DNA of 64,000 nucleotides from Octopus sinensis (Eukaryota), in assembly GCF_006345805.1 (NCBI RefSeq), contig NC_043013.1:25668001-25732000 (forward strand), in the 5' to 3' direction. The translations under genes were made by a program, and so were the position numbers. Under the pieces are notes generated by a model. It ran no database searches. It was not told where the DNA came from and was given only the letters and a program-made list of their open reading frames with translations. This document shows positions 1-12,200 of the stretch, piece by piece. The stretch's first letter is position 1. Each line of letters begins with the position of its first letter.

Positions 1-545
1 TCAGATGTGGTGTGCAAGAGAGACAACTATGTTGGTATGGTCATGTGATGCGTATGGACAAAGACAGCTGTGTAAAGAAGTGCCAGTCTCTAATTGTGGA
101 GGGAACCTGTGGAAAGAGTAGACTCTGGAAGAAATGGGACGGGGTGGTAGGTGGTGAAGCATGATCTTTGAATACTGGGCCTCATGGAGGCAATGACTAG
201 TGACCAAGACATTTGGTGATATGCTGTGTTTGAGATGACCTGTCACGCAAAGTGAAATCGTAGTCATGCCTGATGCTGGTGTTATAAATGGCACCTGTGC
301 CAGTGGCATGTAAGAAGTACCCTTTGAACATTGGGCCTCACGGAGACAATGATAAGTGACCGAAACCTTTGGCAATATGTCATGCTTGAGAAGATCTGTC
401 AAGCCAAGTGAAATTGTAGTTGTGGAGAATGCTGGTGTTACATGAAAAGCACCCAGTACACTCTGTAAAGTGGTTGGCATTAGGAAGGGCATCCAGCTGT
501 AGAGACCATGCCAAATCAGATTGGAACCTGGTGTAGCCCTACAAC
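1..545 (+). mobile_element. 5'-truncated RTE-clade LINE (ORF2 C-terminus plus 3' UTR), decayed
   Basis: The plus strand reads RCGVQERQLCWYGHVMRMDKDSCVKKCQSLIVEGTCG, typical of an RTE ORF2 end, followed by the 3' UTR seen dozens of times in the window. Confidence 0.75.
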
Positions 546-1668
546 TTTACCATCATCATCATCGTCATTTAGTGTCTGTTGTCCATGCTGGTATGGGTTG
601 GACGATTTGACCAGGGCTAGTAAGCTGCACCAGACTCCAGTCTGATTTGACATGGTTTTCTACTACTGGATGCTCTTCCTAACACCAACCACTTTGAGGG
701 TGTAACGGGTGCTTTCATGTGCCATTTGCGTGACACTGATGTCTGCCATGACTGCGATCTTGCTCGGCTTGATGGTTCTTCTTCTCAAGCATGACCTAAT
801 GCCAAAGGTCTTGCTCATTGCCTCTGTGAGGCCCAACACTCAAAAGGAACTCAGCCACTTTGCCTCCGTGAGGCCCAACCAGTTTCACTCAAACCATCCA
901 ACCCATGCCCACATGGAAAGCAGATGATAATAATGATGATGATGATGATGAGCAACGTGTTTGCAGCTGAAGATGTTCACTTTTAGTTTCCATTTTATGT
1001 TCATTTTTAGTTAACAATGGCATTAGGAAGGGCATCCAGCTGTAGAAACTTTGCTACATTAGATTGGAGCCTGGTGCAGCCTTCTGGCCTGTCAGCCCTC
1101 AGTCAAACCATCCAACTCATGCCAGTATGGAAAGCAAATGTTAAACGACAATGATGATGATGATTATACGCTCACAGCCTTTGTTCACTTTTAGTAAACA
1201 TCTTTAGTTCACTGTTGGTAATGTTTACTCAATTTCCAATGATGTCATTGCTTTAGTTGGCTCACTACTTGACCCCATCTTGTGAGGCTCGACTTAGTGA
1301 TTTCCTTCTCTATTTTTCCTTTCCATATCAATTATCTCTTGAAGTTTTGGTTTTTTTTTTCCCTCAAGAATTCCAGCCGTTGAATACTTTTAGAGTGTTT
1401 GTTGCTAACCATCCAGCCATGGAGTTGAAATGGATCCTATTGTCAGTAATCCAGGCAAACTGAGCCATAGACATGCTGTGTGGCTTCCCCAGAGACACAG
1501 TACAATGCCTGTGTCAAAGAAATTTGAATTCATAAACCATATAAAAATATCCAACATTTATTCAGTCATCGTATTTCAGAGTTGAGATCATTTTGAAATT
1601 CAGGGCGTGTTAAAGAGTTGCCCTTTAATCTGAATCCGGTTCTTATTGTTGCTCCTTGCATCTTTCAG

Positions 1669-1927
1669 GTCACAACACCAACAAAGCCACACTGCCCTAT
1701 TACCCTCAGAACACTCGTGGCGGTGGCAGTGGTGGTGCCGGAATAGGTGGCGGCAGAGGTGACGGTGGTGGCGGCAGAGGTGACGGTGGTGGCGGCAGAG
1801 GTGATGGTGGTGGCGGCAGAGGTGATGGTGGTGGTGGTGGAGGTGGCAACAGTGGCGGTGGTATGAATATCTACACCAACAGAACTAATGTCAGTTTCAA
1901 CAGTCCACGCCAGTTTATCAGAGGAGG
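1669..1927 (+). CDS. VIRMA: Third-from-last coding exon of probable VIRMA/virilizer (Gly/RG-rich low-complexity region)
   Basis: tctttcag acceptor and GG|GTAAGT donor. The 259-nt open exon encodes GHNTNKATLPYYPQNTRGGGSGG...(GGGRGD)n...RQFIRG and is in phase with the next exon. Confidence 0.7.
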
Positions 1928-2067
1928 GTAAGTGATATTTAATCCATGCCCATCACTACTGATTTTTTTTCTATTCTCTTTCTTCACTTTCTCCACATTT
2001 ACCTTTAGGTTCTGTATAAGTTCCAATTTACAGTTTTCCCCACTGTTATCTGTTTATTTCCTCTTAA

Positions 2068-2222
2068 GTGTGGCTGTGTGGTTAAGAAGTTTACTTCCCA
2101 GTCACATGGTTCTGGGTTCAGTCCCACTCTGTGGTATTTTGGGCAAGTGTCTTTTACTATAGCCCTGGGTAATCCAAAGCCTTGAGATTAAATTTGGTAG
2201 ACAGAAACTGAATGAAGCCTAT
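2068..2222 (+). mobile_element. tRNA-derived SINE family 1 (representative of many copies)
   Basis: A-box/B-box-like head (GGCTGTGTGGTTAAG...GGTTCAGTCCC), then GGGCAAGTGTCTT...TACTATAGCC and a microsatellite tail; many similar copies on both strands. Confidence 0.75.
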
Positions 2223-2224
2223 TA

Positions 2225-2294
<70 letters not shown>

Positions 2295-3561
2295 GTGTGT
2301 GTGTGCTTGTGAAGACTTGTCGAACCGAGTGAAATCATAGTCATGGCCAATGCCAGGGCCATCTGACTGGCACATAAAAAGCACCGTTCACGCATTGGAT
2401 CTCATGGAGGCAGTGACAGGTGATCAAGACCTTTGGCGATACACCGTGCTTGTGTAAAGCTGTCAAGCCAAGTAAGACCGTAGTCATAGCCGATGCTGGT
2501 ATCAAGTCATTGGCACCCTTGCCAGTGGTATGTAAAAAGCATCCATTACACTCTTGGAGTGGTTGGTATTAATTAGGAAAGGCATCCAGCCATAGAAACC
2601 TTGCCAAATCAGATAGGAATCTAGTGCAGCCCCCCCCCCCCCCCCCAGCTTACCAGTTTTCAGTCAAACCGTCCAACCCATGCCAGCATGGAAAGCAGAC
2701 ATTAATGATGATGATGATGTGTGTCTCCTTGCCTTGACAACATATGATAGTTGTATGTATGTGTCATTCATTTCCAGTCTTCCAGGAAAGCATATTTAGC
2801 CTGTAGGGAAATATTTTCTTGCTTGGAAACAGGTGAGGGTTGGTGACAGAAGGGCATCCAGCCATAGAAACTCTGATCCATGAAAGCACAGAGAAGTAAG
2901 TATTAAAAGAGCAAGAACAATGAATGATATTACAGCCTGATGCAGATAATTAGTATTGGAGCAATGTTGTTGTTGTTTAGATGCAAGTGTGCATTGCTTA
3001 AACAGATCTGTGACCAAAGGTATTCTAACCCTGGCCAGCTTTTTCAATGAGACATTGTGCATCTAAGATGGCAGGGTATGCTTTCATTGCTATATCTAGC
3101 AAGTCAGTCTCCATGCAAAGTCTGCCTCAGGGTCCTTCCTATCATCAAACAATCAACTTTCAAGTAAGATGTGATACTTTTGTCAGCCAGACAGACTGAG
3201 GCAGTCACATGATTCACTTGCTAGATATAGCAATGAAAGTGCACCCTACCTTCTTGGATGCACAGTGTCTCATTGAGAAATATGGCCCTTGGTCACAGAT
3301 CTGTTTAATTAATGCACATTTGTGGCGAAACAACAACATTATCTGCATCAAGCTATAACATCATTCATTGTTTTTTTTTTCCCATACTTTCATGGATCAG
3401 ATAAAGTTGTGGTAGATTTCCTATGACTGGATACTCTTCCTGATTCTTAGTAAGGTAATAATCTCCCCATGGTTGCAAATAAATGACATTAATTTACAAT
3501 AATCACGTCAACACACACACATCACATCTTATACTTGGTGTATTTTCACCTATTTAGTGAA

Positions 3562-3890
3562 GGTGCACGACTCAGTGGTTAGAGTATCGAGCTTACAAAT
3601 GAGAGGTTGTGAGTTCAATTACCGGACTGGGCTGTGTTGTGTTCTTGAGCAAGACACTTTATTCCTTGTTGCTCCAGTTCACTCAGCTGTAGAAATGACT
3701 TGCAACATCTCTGGTGCTAAGCTGTATCAGCCCCTTTGCCTTTCCCTTGGATAACATCGGTGACATGGAGAGGGGATGCTGGTATGCAAGGGCAACTGCT
3801 AGTCTTCCATAAACAACCTTGTGCCTCGGAGGGGGAACTTTCTAGGTGTAATCCCATGGTCATTCTTGACCGAAGGGGGGTCCTTCTTTT
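3562..3890 (+). mobile_element. tRNA-derived SINE family 2
   Basis: tRNA-like head (CTCAGTGGTTAGAG...GAGTTCAATT), then CTTGAGCAAGACAC...CAGCTGTA; related segments at about 13760, 39930 and 49990. Confidence 0.65.
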
Positions 3891-4258
3891 TTACACCTCG
3901 TACTTTGTCTTACAGCAAGAAATTTTCTTCATTACAAAATACAGTGAATGGCTTTCTTATAGCTTTGAATATACCTCAAGAGCTTATTTGAACTGATACA
4001 TATTGCTGTTAAGCACTTCATTTTCGTGTGTGTGTGTGTGTGTGTATATGACAGGTTTTTTTTTTCCCAGTTTTTGTCTATTGAATCTAATCTCCAGGTC
4101 CAGGGCTAAAGTAGAAGACAACTAGCTTCAGATGCCATGCCAAAGGACTGAACCCGGAACCATGTTGTTCGGAAGCAAACTTCTTAATCACTGTCATCTA
4201 TGCTTTGGAAGCAAATGCAGAACAGTTGGCAAAAAATAAAATCTGGCCTTAAAATAAT

Positions 4259-5200
4259 CTGAACCGCAAAAGAAATGCGAGACGTGTGTAACTGTGAAAT
4301 ATGTTTTAATTCCATTATGTCAGAGATAAATTTTGATAAATCTCAAAGTCAATTTCTTGGATGCACTTTGACCACAGTCTATGGGTTGTTGTCATGTGTT
4401 CTGGCAATGGGTGGACCCACCACATTGAGATTGTAGGCTGTGACATGTTCAATACCGTGTATGCCCTCTCTGGGTGTTCAAAACGACCATACACCATTGG
4501 TACATGGAAGTTCATGAGGCAGTTCACAAAAGCCATTGGCACCTGTGCCCATACCCTGAAGAAAGCTGCCTCCAGTTCCACATCAGTTGTCAGCCGTCTC
4601 TAGATTTCATCCCACAGGTGTTCAATTGGGCTCAAATCTGGGCTGAGAGCTGGCCATGGCATGGTTCTGATGTTGTGCTGATGCAGAAAGTCCATGGTGA
4701 CCCTGGCCATGTGGGAGGAAGCATTTTCCTGCTGGCTATGGTGTTGTGTGAAGAAGAGCACGATGTGAGGTCTTAGGTTCTGGTCATTGTAGCACTGTGC
4801 TGTGATGCCATTCCCTCTGCCTGCACCAACATTTTGAAATACATGGGGCCCCAATTCTGAATCAGGCCTATAGCACCTGAAACCATGCGGGCATGATCTG
4901 CAGTGCTGTTGTATCACTGTTGCAGGCAAATAGATGGCGCTCACATGGACATTGTAAGCTTTCACAACAACCAGGGCATGCTGCCCTGCTTGCAATCAGC
5001 CAATAGCTTGTTCTTTCTATGCTACTGACAGTCAAGTCGTACCTGATGTGTCCAAATTACAAATGCCAGGAATGCAGTTCAAGTTGATTTTTATACCCAT
5101 AACCTCCACGAGATGCACATGTATTTTGGTTTTCATGACAATTGTTTGCAACTTCCACCCACGACATTCAACACAGTTGCGTTTTGGTGACTCATTTCAG
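4259..5200 (-). mobile_element. Tc1-like DNA transposon relic, internally deleted
   Basis: Transposase pieces EQAIG*LQAGQH (HTH start) and QQENASSH...WPALSPDLSPIEHLWDEI (DDE end), with imperfect terminal inverted repeats. Confidence 0.85.
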
Positions 5201-5553
5201 GGAAAGTTAAAAGGTAACCTGCAATTTGGGTCTCAGCCTTAAACCAGCATGTCTTGGAATATTTACACTTACATCCCCAAAATAAATTTTCAGAATTTAC
5301 CATATAAAGATGACATTTGAAAAAAAAATCATGTTTCTTTTGTGGTTCAGTGTAGCTTTTGAATTTTTTTTAAGAAAACAAAAAAAGCATATAACACCTT
5401 TTTTCTTTAAAAAAAAAATTTTAGGAAAATAATTTTACATAAAAAGTAACTTCTGCATGTAATATCTACAATTTTTTTTTAAGGTCTTTTCTCTTTTTGT
5501 GCCAGCAAATACAGTGTGTTTGTACATATATTTTTCCTTTCTTGCATTTTTAG

Positions 5554-5808
5554 TCTTGACAAACGTACAACTGTTGATCGCCGTGCCGGACGAGATAATC
5601 GCTTTTCTCTCCGAGGTGGTGGTCGTGGAGGAAATAATCTAGCCAGTGGCAGTCTAGGGGCAGCATTGCTGAGTGCAGCAGTTAGTGGTGGTGCAGCTGG
5701 ATTAACTGGTCCCGGTGGTGGTGGTGGTGTTGGTAACAATGCTGCTGCAGCTGCAGCAGGCAGCAGCAATCACTGGTTTGCATCGAAAGCTAAAGAGTTA
5801 GACATGAG
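5554..5808 (+). CDS. VIRMA: Penultimate coding exon of probable VIRMA
   Basis: Polypyrimidine tract plus tag acceptor, AG|GTAAAA donor. 255 nt encoding LDKRTTVDRRAGRDNRFSLRGGGRGG...AKELDM; phase 2 at both ends, matching its neighbours. Confidence 0.7.
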
Positions 5809-6722
5809 GTAAAAATATTTTCTAATCACTTAATGTAATAATCATTACATTGATAACAATCTGGAATATACTTCCCAATAAAACATGTGTATTTTAAGAA
5901 TTAACCTTTTACCTACGAGAACTTGGAGTATATTTTGCTGCAAGATTATTTAATTGGAACTGAGATAAAAATGTTAAAACAGGTTTTCAGCTCTGGGACT
6001 TTAAAACAACTTGAGATCTACTGATAGAGCTTTGATACAACTTATTAGATAATTGCAGTTTCTGACCACACTACAGAACATCTGCCCTTTCATAGCATCT
6101 AATTGAATGTAAATTTTTTTTTTGTTTTAACTATTTTATCTCTAAATAATTTGCCAATCATCTTGTACTAGTGTCCATTATATTTTGAGGAAGAAATGTG
6201 ACAACAGGTGCTCTTTAAATGTAATTAGTGATGGCCACCTGGACAGTATTTGGTTTAAGTCATGGGTGAGCTTGCTTGCTGGTGATGTCTAATCTCAGTA
6301 GCTAATTTTTTTCAGCTATTTTGTTTTGTTCTCAGAACAGTAGAGAACTGAAGGAGAGTGGAATGAGGGAAAGAGTAATTTCCTAAAAAATCTTATTCAG
6401 TGTCTTTTCCCAGGGTGGTGTGAATGTAGTAACTAAAAGTAGCTGTTGAAAGTCAGTCTTGGTCACTAATTTGGTGAAGGTGTTTTGACATTTTGCAATG
6501 TCTTCATATTCTGACTGAAAAGAAATTGCTTTTAAAGCAGATCTTTTATCCTAAACAAAAGTTTGCTGGAGATAAATGACAAAGGAATTTACTAAACAAG
6601 CCTTCAGCAACAGGAAAAATGGTACTAAAGGTAATGATAATAATGTAGATACATATTTTACAAACAGCTATGAAATACTCAATCCAAAAGTTTAATATAT
6701 CTTAATATTTTTATATTTATAG

Positions 6723-6786
6723 ATTCCAACCAACTTTTAGAGGAAGAAGAGAAATCAGCAGACATTTCCGTTCTTTCACAAAGTAA
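6723..6786 (+). CDS. VIRMA: Terminal coding exon of probable VIRMA
   Basis: tttatag acceptor; reads (R)FQPTFRGRREISRHFRSFTK*. The end resembles the human VIRMA C-terminus GRHVRSFTR recalled from memory. AATAAA at about 6812. Confidence 0.7.
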
Positions 6787-7762
6787 TTCCTTCTCATAAA
6801 AGATAAAAAATAATAAATTAACATAAAGACAGTTGAAAATTTTATTCAGAACCCCGCAAGAAAAGCTGCAGGAAAAATCCATTCTTTGTAAATAATCATA
6901 AATTTCATTCTTGATCTTTTAAGTAAAATTCATCAATTTCACAAATTTCTTTCCTTCTGTTTACAGTCTTTTTTTTTTTTTTAATTAACTCAAAGAATTG
7001 AAAGTATTTTAATGCAATCAAAATTAATTTACGAAAATATATTTACAAAAATATATATTTAATATATCTTAAATGGAAGTTGACAAACATCTGCATGTCT
7101 TAGAAGTCATCTTGGTAAATAAGAGATTGGGAAGGTCTTGTCTGTAAATGAGAAGCGATACCAGGGTGCAAGGTGGGGCAAGTAAAGACACAACTGGACA
7201 ACCTAACAGGGCCATAGCAGTAAAATCATGGGTGGGAGAGGTAGGGGATGGTTTATTTCAGGTCGTTTTTATCTCTGAAAACACTGAATGTTGATAATGG
7301 AATGTCTCTGATCATAAATGCTACTAATTCACACTACCAACAGCATAAAAGGGAGCTACACACACGTGTGTCAGGCAATTATCAATGAGAATTACAGGAC
7401 AACTGCAGTTGAAGCAGTCATCAGAAATGTTGCATAACTTAAAGGAACAAGAGATCAGTTCGTTTGTTCAATATTCATTTATCCATACGAGCATGGGTTA
7501 GATGAGTAATTATTTGAGGCAAGATTTTACAATCTTCAAGTAAGAGATTTCATTCCACAAATTTTTGAAAGGGAGGGGGGGGCTGGTGATAATGTCAACT
7601 TTATCAGCTTTGTTTGAGCAGTGACAAATGTGGGACATCGACATTCACATACACACCCACATATATCATCATCATCGTTTAACATCAAGTCTTCCATGCA
7701 TGCATGGGTGGCTCCTGTCAACTGTCCTACCCGTGCATGCATGGAAGACTGGACATTAAATG

Positions 7763-7795
<33 letters not shown>

Positions 7796-8199
7796 GCATG
7801 CTTCCTGTACTTTCTGTCAACCAAATACAGTAATGAAGCTTTGGTCAGCCTGAAGCTATATCAGAAAAACACTCAAGGTACCATGTGCTGGGATTGAACC
7901 TGAAACCATACAGCTCCAAAGCAAACTACTTAACTACACAGCCATGCTACCTAATAAATAATGGTTTCAAATTTTAGCACAAGGCCAGCAATTCTGAGTG
8001 GGTGGGGATAAGTTAATTATATCAACCTTGGTTTCCAACTGGAAATTATTTTGTCGACCCCGAAAGGAGGAAAAGCAAAGGAATTTGAACTCAGAACCTA
8101 AGGGACAACGAAATGTGCTGGCAAAGCATTTTGCCCACTGGGCTATCCATTTTGTCAGCTTTTACTGCCTCAATAATAATAATCCTTTCCACTGGAAAG

Positions 8200-8399
8200 G
8201 ATTAGGCTTCAAATTTGGGGGAAGGGATTAAGTTGATTACATTGACCCCAGTGTGTAAACTGGTACTTATTTAATCGACCCTGAAAGAATGAAAGGCAAA
8301 GTTGACCTCAGCAGGATTTGAACTCAGAACATAGTGACGGGGGAAATACCGCTAAGCATTTCGTCCAGCATGCTAACAATTCTGCCAGCTTGCTGCCTT
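8200..8399 (-). mobile_element. tRNA-derived SINE family 3 (Meta-domain-like; representative copy)
   Basis: Minus strand has a tRNA-like head with GAGTTCAAAT, then CTTTGCCTTTCATTCTTTCAGGGTCGATTAAATAAGTACCAG; further copies at about 21060, 22030, 33300, 47990, 51830 and 55240. Confidence 0.7.
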
Positions 8400-9055
8400 T
8401 TTGGCATTGATAATAATAATAATAATAATAGAAGTTGTATAAAAGTGTAGTGAAGTTAAAAAAAAATTTCTTTTTTAAATATCGATATTTGATCCTTTAT
8501 CCACAGCCATAAGATTATAATTAATTGAAATTATTCAAAGTCTTCAATTTTATAAAGAAATATTTATTTCCTTTAAGGACTTCAAGAGAGATTTCTTAGC
8601 TTCAAAATGATTATGAAGATATGAAAGCATTGTCTGTTCTGCTACTAACCACCCCAACAAATAGTGACCCATCTCAGACTCTGTATCCCTGTTGGAAGGC
8701 TTGTACATTTGGTACTTGGACCTCTATGTAAAGTCCCCCCCCCACACACACACCATTTTCATTGCATACAGTCACATGCATAATATTAACATATCGATAC
8801 ACATCCCATCTGAGTTAATTGAGGGAGTTGTAAAGATTCTCAACAAAAAGGAGCTGGAGCCAGGGAAAGGAGCTGAAACCAATAACAGCTAAAAACACTG
8901 TCTTAATTATTCCAATGGAATGAATGACTAACAATCATAAAACCGAAGTAATAAAAAATACTTTGAAATCTTTATGAAATTACCATCAACAGGATTCCAT
9001 CATCATCCAACATTTCAATATTGTGGACGGGTGGTGGTAGCGGTGATGTTGATTT

Positions 9056-9223
9056 TTATGCTGTTTTGAAGGTGGTGAGAGGAATGTGTAGTGTTGTGAA
9101 GCAGTGACAGATGACGTCCAACAACAAAATAAATATTATGGTAGTCATAGCAATTACGTAGTGACTGATGCTGCTGCCTATCTCCAGCCAACTGCCAAAG
9201 TCTTGTACCAGGAAGAAAAATTG
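9056..9223 (-). CDS. PIGN: PIGN terminal coding exon, 168 nt including TAA
   Basis: tttttacag|...[55 protein letters not shown]. Confidence 0.95.
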   Translation of the reverse strand, partial: QFFFLVQDFGSWLEIGSSISHYVIAMTTIIFILLLDVICHCFTTLHIPLTTFKTA

Positions 9224-12200
9224 CTGTAAAAAAAGAAAAGAAAAAAAAAACGAATAAAGATATATATATATATATATATATATATATCATCATCATCTAA
9301 CGTCTGTTTTCCATGCTGGCATGGGTTTGACAGTTTGACTGAAACTGGTAAGCTAGGGAGTTGCACCAGGTTCCAGCGTTGATGTGGTTTCTACAGCTGG
9401 ATGCCCTTCCTAATGCCAACCATTCTACAGAGTATGTTGGGTGCCATTTACATGACAACGGCCACGGCTACGATTTCACTTGGCTTGATGGCAGATTTTA
9501 ATTCTGAACTTATGAAAACAAGAGATTTGTACTACAGAGCCAGAAGCAGTTTCAGCCAGGTTGGTATCAAACGGGTTAAGAATTGTTTCTCTATTATATA
9601 TTTTAACACTTTTGTTACCATATTTCTGTTGTGATGCTCTGTGTTTCTTTCAATTACTTTAAATATAACAAGGAATTTAGTAAAATAACTTAGTTATTAT
9701 TAAGCTTGTGTTAGGAACATAAATTGTGATTAAGGTTTGGTGGAAGACTTTAATTCAAAACTTATGAAAACAAGACATTTGTACTACAGAACCAGAGCTG
9801 GCTTAGTAATGAAAGGGTTAACAGCTCTCTTTCTTTCTTTCTCTCACCTATGTCCATTTCTTGTTATTTGGACATCAGTTATTACCAGTTTAGTGAAAGA
9901 AATTGATATTAGTCATTACAGAATGTATTAGGAAGGGCATCCAATTGTAGAAAATCATGCCAAATCAGACTGGAGTCTGGTGCTGGCTCCTGGCTTGTCA
10001 GCCCTGGTCAAACTGTCCAACCCAGGCCAGCATGGACAGTGGATGTTAAGTGATGATGATGACTCTACATTACTGTATTGACTAAACCATTGGCGGCTGT
10101 CATTACACACCACTGGCCACAATGCACTTCCTTGCATTGTTGCAGCCTTCAAATGATACCACCCCACAGGCTAGGTGGACAGGCCAGCAACACTCTTGAA
10201 CAGAACACCAATGCTTCACAGGAATACCCATGTACAGCTGAGTGAAATGAAGTGTTTTGCTCAAGGACCCCAATCCATTGCCAGTCATGGGATTGAAACC
10301 ACAATCTTCTGATCCTGAATGCAACCTCCTAATTGACAGCCATACACTTTAACATGAAACTCAACACAGAGACACATGATACAGATTTCATTAGTAGGAC
10401 CGAAGAACAGAATACTTTGAAATGATGTTTGTTGTGGCAAAACTGTGCAGAAGACACTTTGGGTCCAAACTGCTGGATCAGAACTTAAGGTTTCAGGTGA
10501 GATCAGAGCAAAACTGTTGTGAAGTAACCAGCAACTGATGCTAGCATGCAGTACTAAACCTTTGAGGTGAGGTGGAAGTTGAAACCCTTCTTTATTTACT
10601 TTATTTTCACCTTATTTCTAGTTTATCTTTTATTTGTTTCAGTTATTAGGCAGTGGTCATGCTGGGGCACTGCCTTGAATAATTTTTAGTCAAATGTATG
10701 ACACATGACAGTGAAACATGGGCTGTGACAGCTGAGGACATGCGTAAGCTTGTAAGGAATGAAGCTAGTATGCTCCACTGGATGTGTAATGTCAGTATGT
10801 ATACACAACAGAGTGTAAGCACCCTGATAGAAAAGTTGGACATAAGAAGCATTAGATGTGGTGCGCAAGAGAGATGACTGCATTGATATGGTCATGTGTT
10901 GCATATGGATGAGGACAGCTGTGTGAAGAAGTGTGACACCTGAACAGTAGAGGGAAACTGGAAGAGGTAGACTCAGGGAGACCTAGGATGAGGTGGTGAA
11001 GCAGAACCGTTGAACGTTGGGCCTCACCAAGGTGATGACAGGTGACTGAGACCTTTGTGGATAAGCTGTGTTTGAGAAAACCAGTCAAGCCAAATGAGAC
11101 CGTAGCCTTTTGCCAGTGCAGTACAACCAACCCATTTTAGAGTACCCTGCAATCATTGGGCAGAGGCAAGTGAAGTCATGGTTGATAACAGTACCGCTTG
11201 ATTGACGCCCGTGCCGGTGGCATGTAAAAAGCACCATTGGTGTGGTCATTGTTAGTATTGCCTGACTGACTCCCATGCTAGTGGCACGCAAAAAGCACCA
11301 TTCAAGTGTGGTTGATGCTAGTACTGCCTGACTGGCCCTTATGCTGGTGGCAAGTAAAAAGCACCCACTACACTCTCGGAGTGGTTGGCATTAGGAATGG
11401 CATCCAGCTGTAGAAACTTTGCCAGATCAGATTGGAGCCTGGTACAGCCTTCTGGCTTGCCAGCCCCCTCAGTCAAACCGTCCAACCCATGCCAGCATGG
11501 AAAGTGGAAGTTAAATGATGACAACAATGATGATGATGAATTGACTCCAGTACTTTTTAAACCTGAAACTTATTCTATCTTTTGTTGAACTGCAAAGTTA
11601 CAGGGATGTAAACACACCAACACAGTATCTGTGTTTGTCCCTCACCATTGTTTGACAACTGAAGGTACATGTGCTTGTGTGTATATATGGATATATAGCT
11701 GACAGTTTTCACCTACCAAATCCACTCACAAGGCTTTGGTTGACTTGAGGCTATAACAGAAACCATTTGCCCAACGTGTCACATAGTGGGATGGAACCCA
11801 GAGCCTTGTGGTTGAGAAGCAAGCTTCTTACCATACAGCCACACATTTGCCGTCTACAAAAACAGAAAAATGATGACATTGCCAATCTGGATTTGATCCC
11901 GTGGTACTCCAGCTGATTTCTTAACCACTGATTGGTTTTATTGATTTGATAAACATTTGGTCCCACTTCTAATATAATTATCAAACAGTAACTTACCAAT
12001 CCCATCACATCCGAGATAATTAAGACATTCAAAAATAAGATACTTTTCGACGTATTGGTGCTGATGCAGAGAGTGTCCAGAGCACAGATCACAATGAAGA
12101 ATGGTAAAGCAACCTGAAATCAGAGAGAAAAACGTTCTTTTATTATCAGAATCCTAAAGCAATTCTCTGTTAGAGACGTCTAGAAGACAGGATTGTTAGT

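Noticed and set aside
1-492. 163-aa minus-strand ORF and many similar short ORFs in the track
   Set aside because: These are antisense or off-frame readings of RTE/SINE repeats and microsatellites, with no coding signature.
5479-5769. Pro/Ala-rich 96-aa minus-strand ORF
   Set aside because: It is the antisense shadow of the Gly-rich plus-strand exon.
9015-9296. 93-aa minus-strand ORF
   Set aside because: It is an alternative frame over the PIGN terminal exon and starts in a microsatellite.
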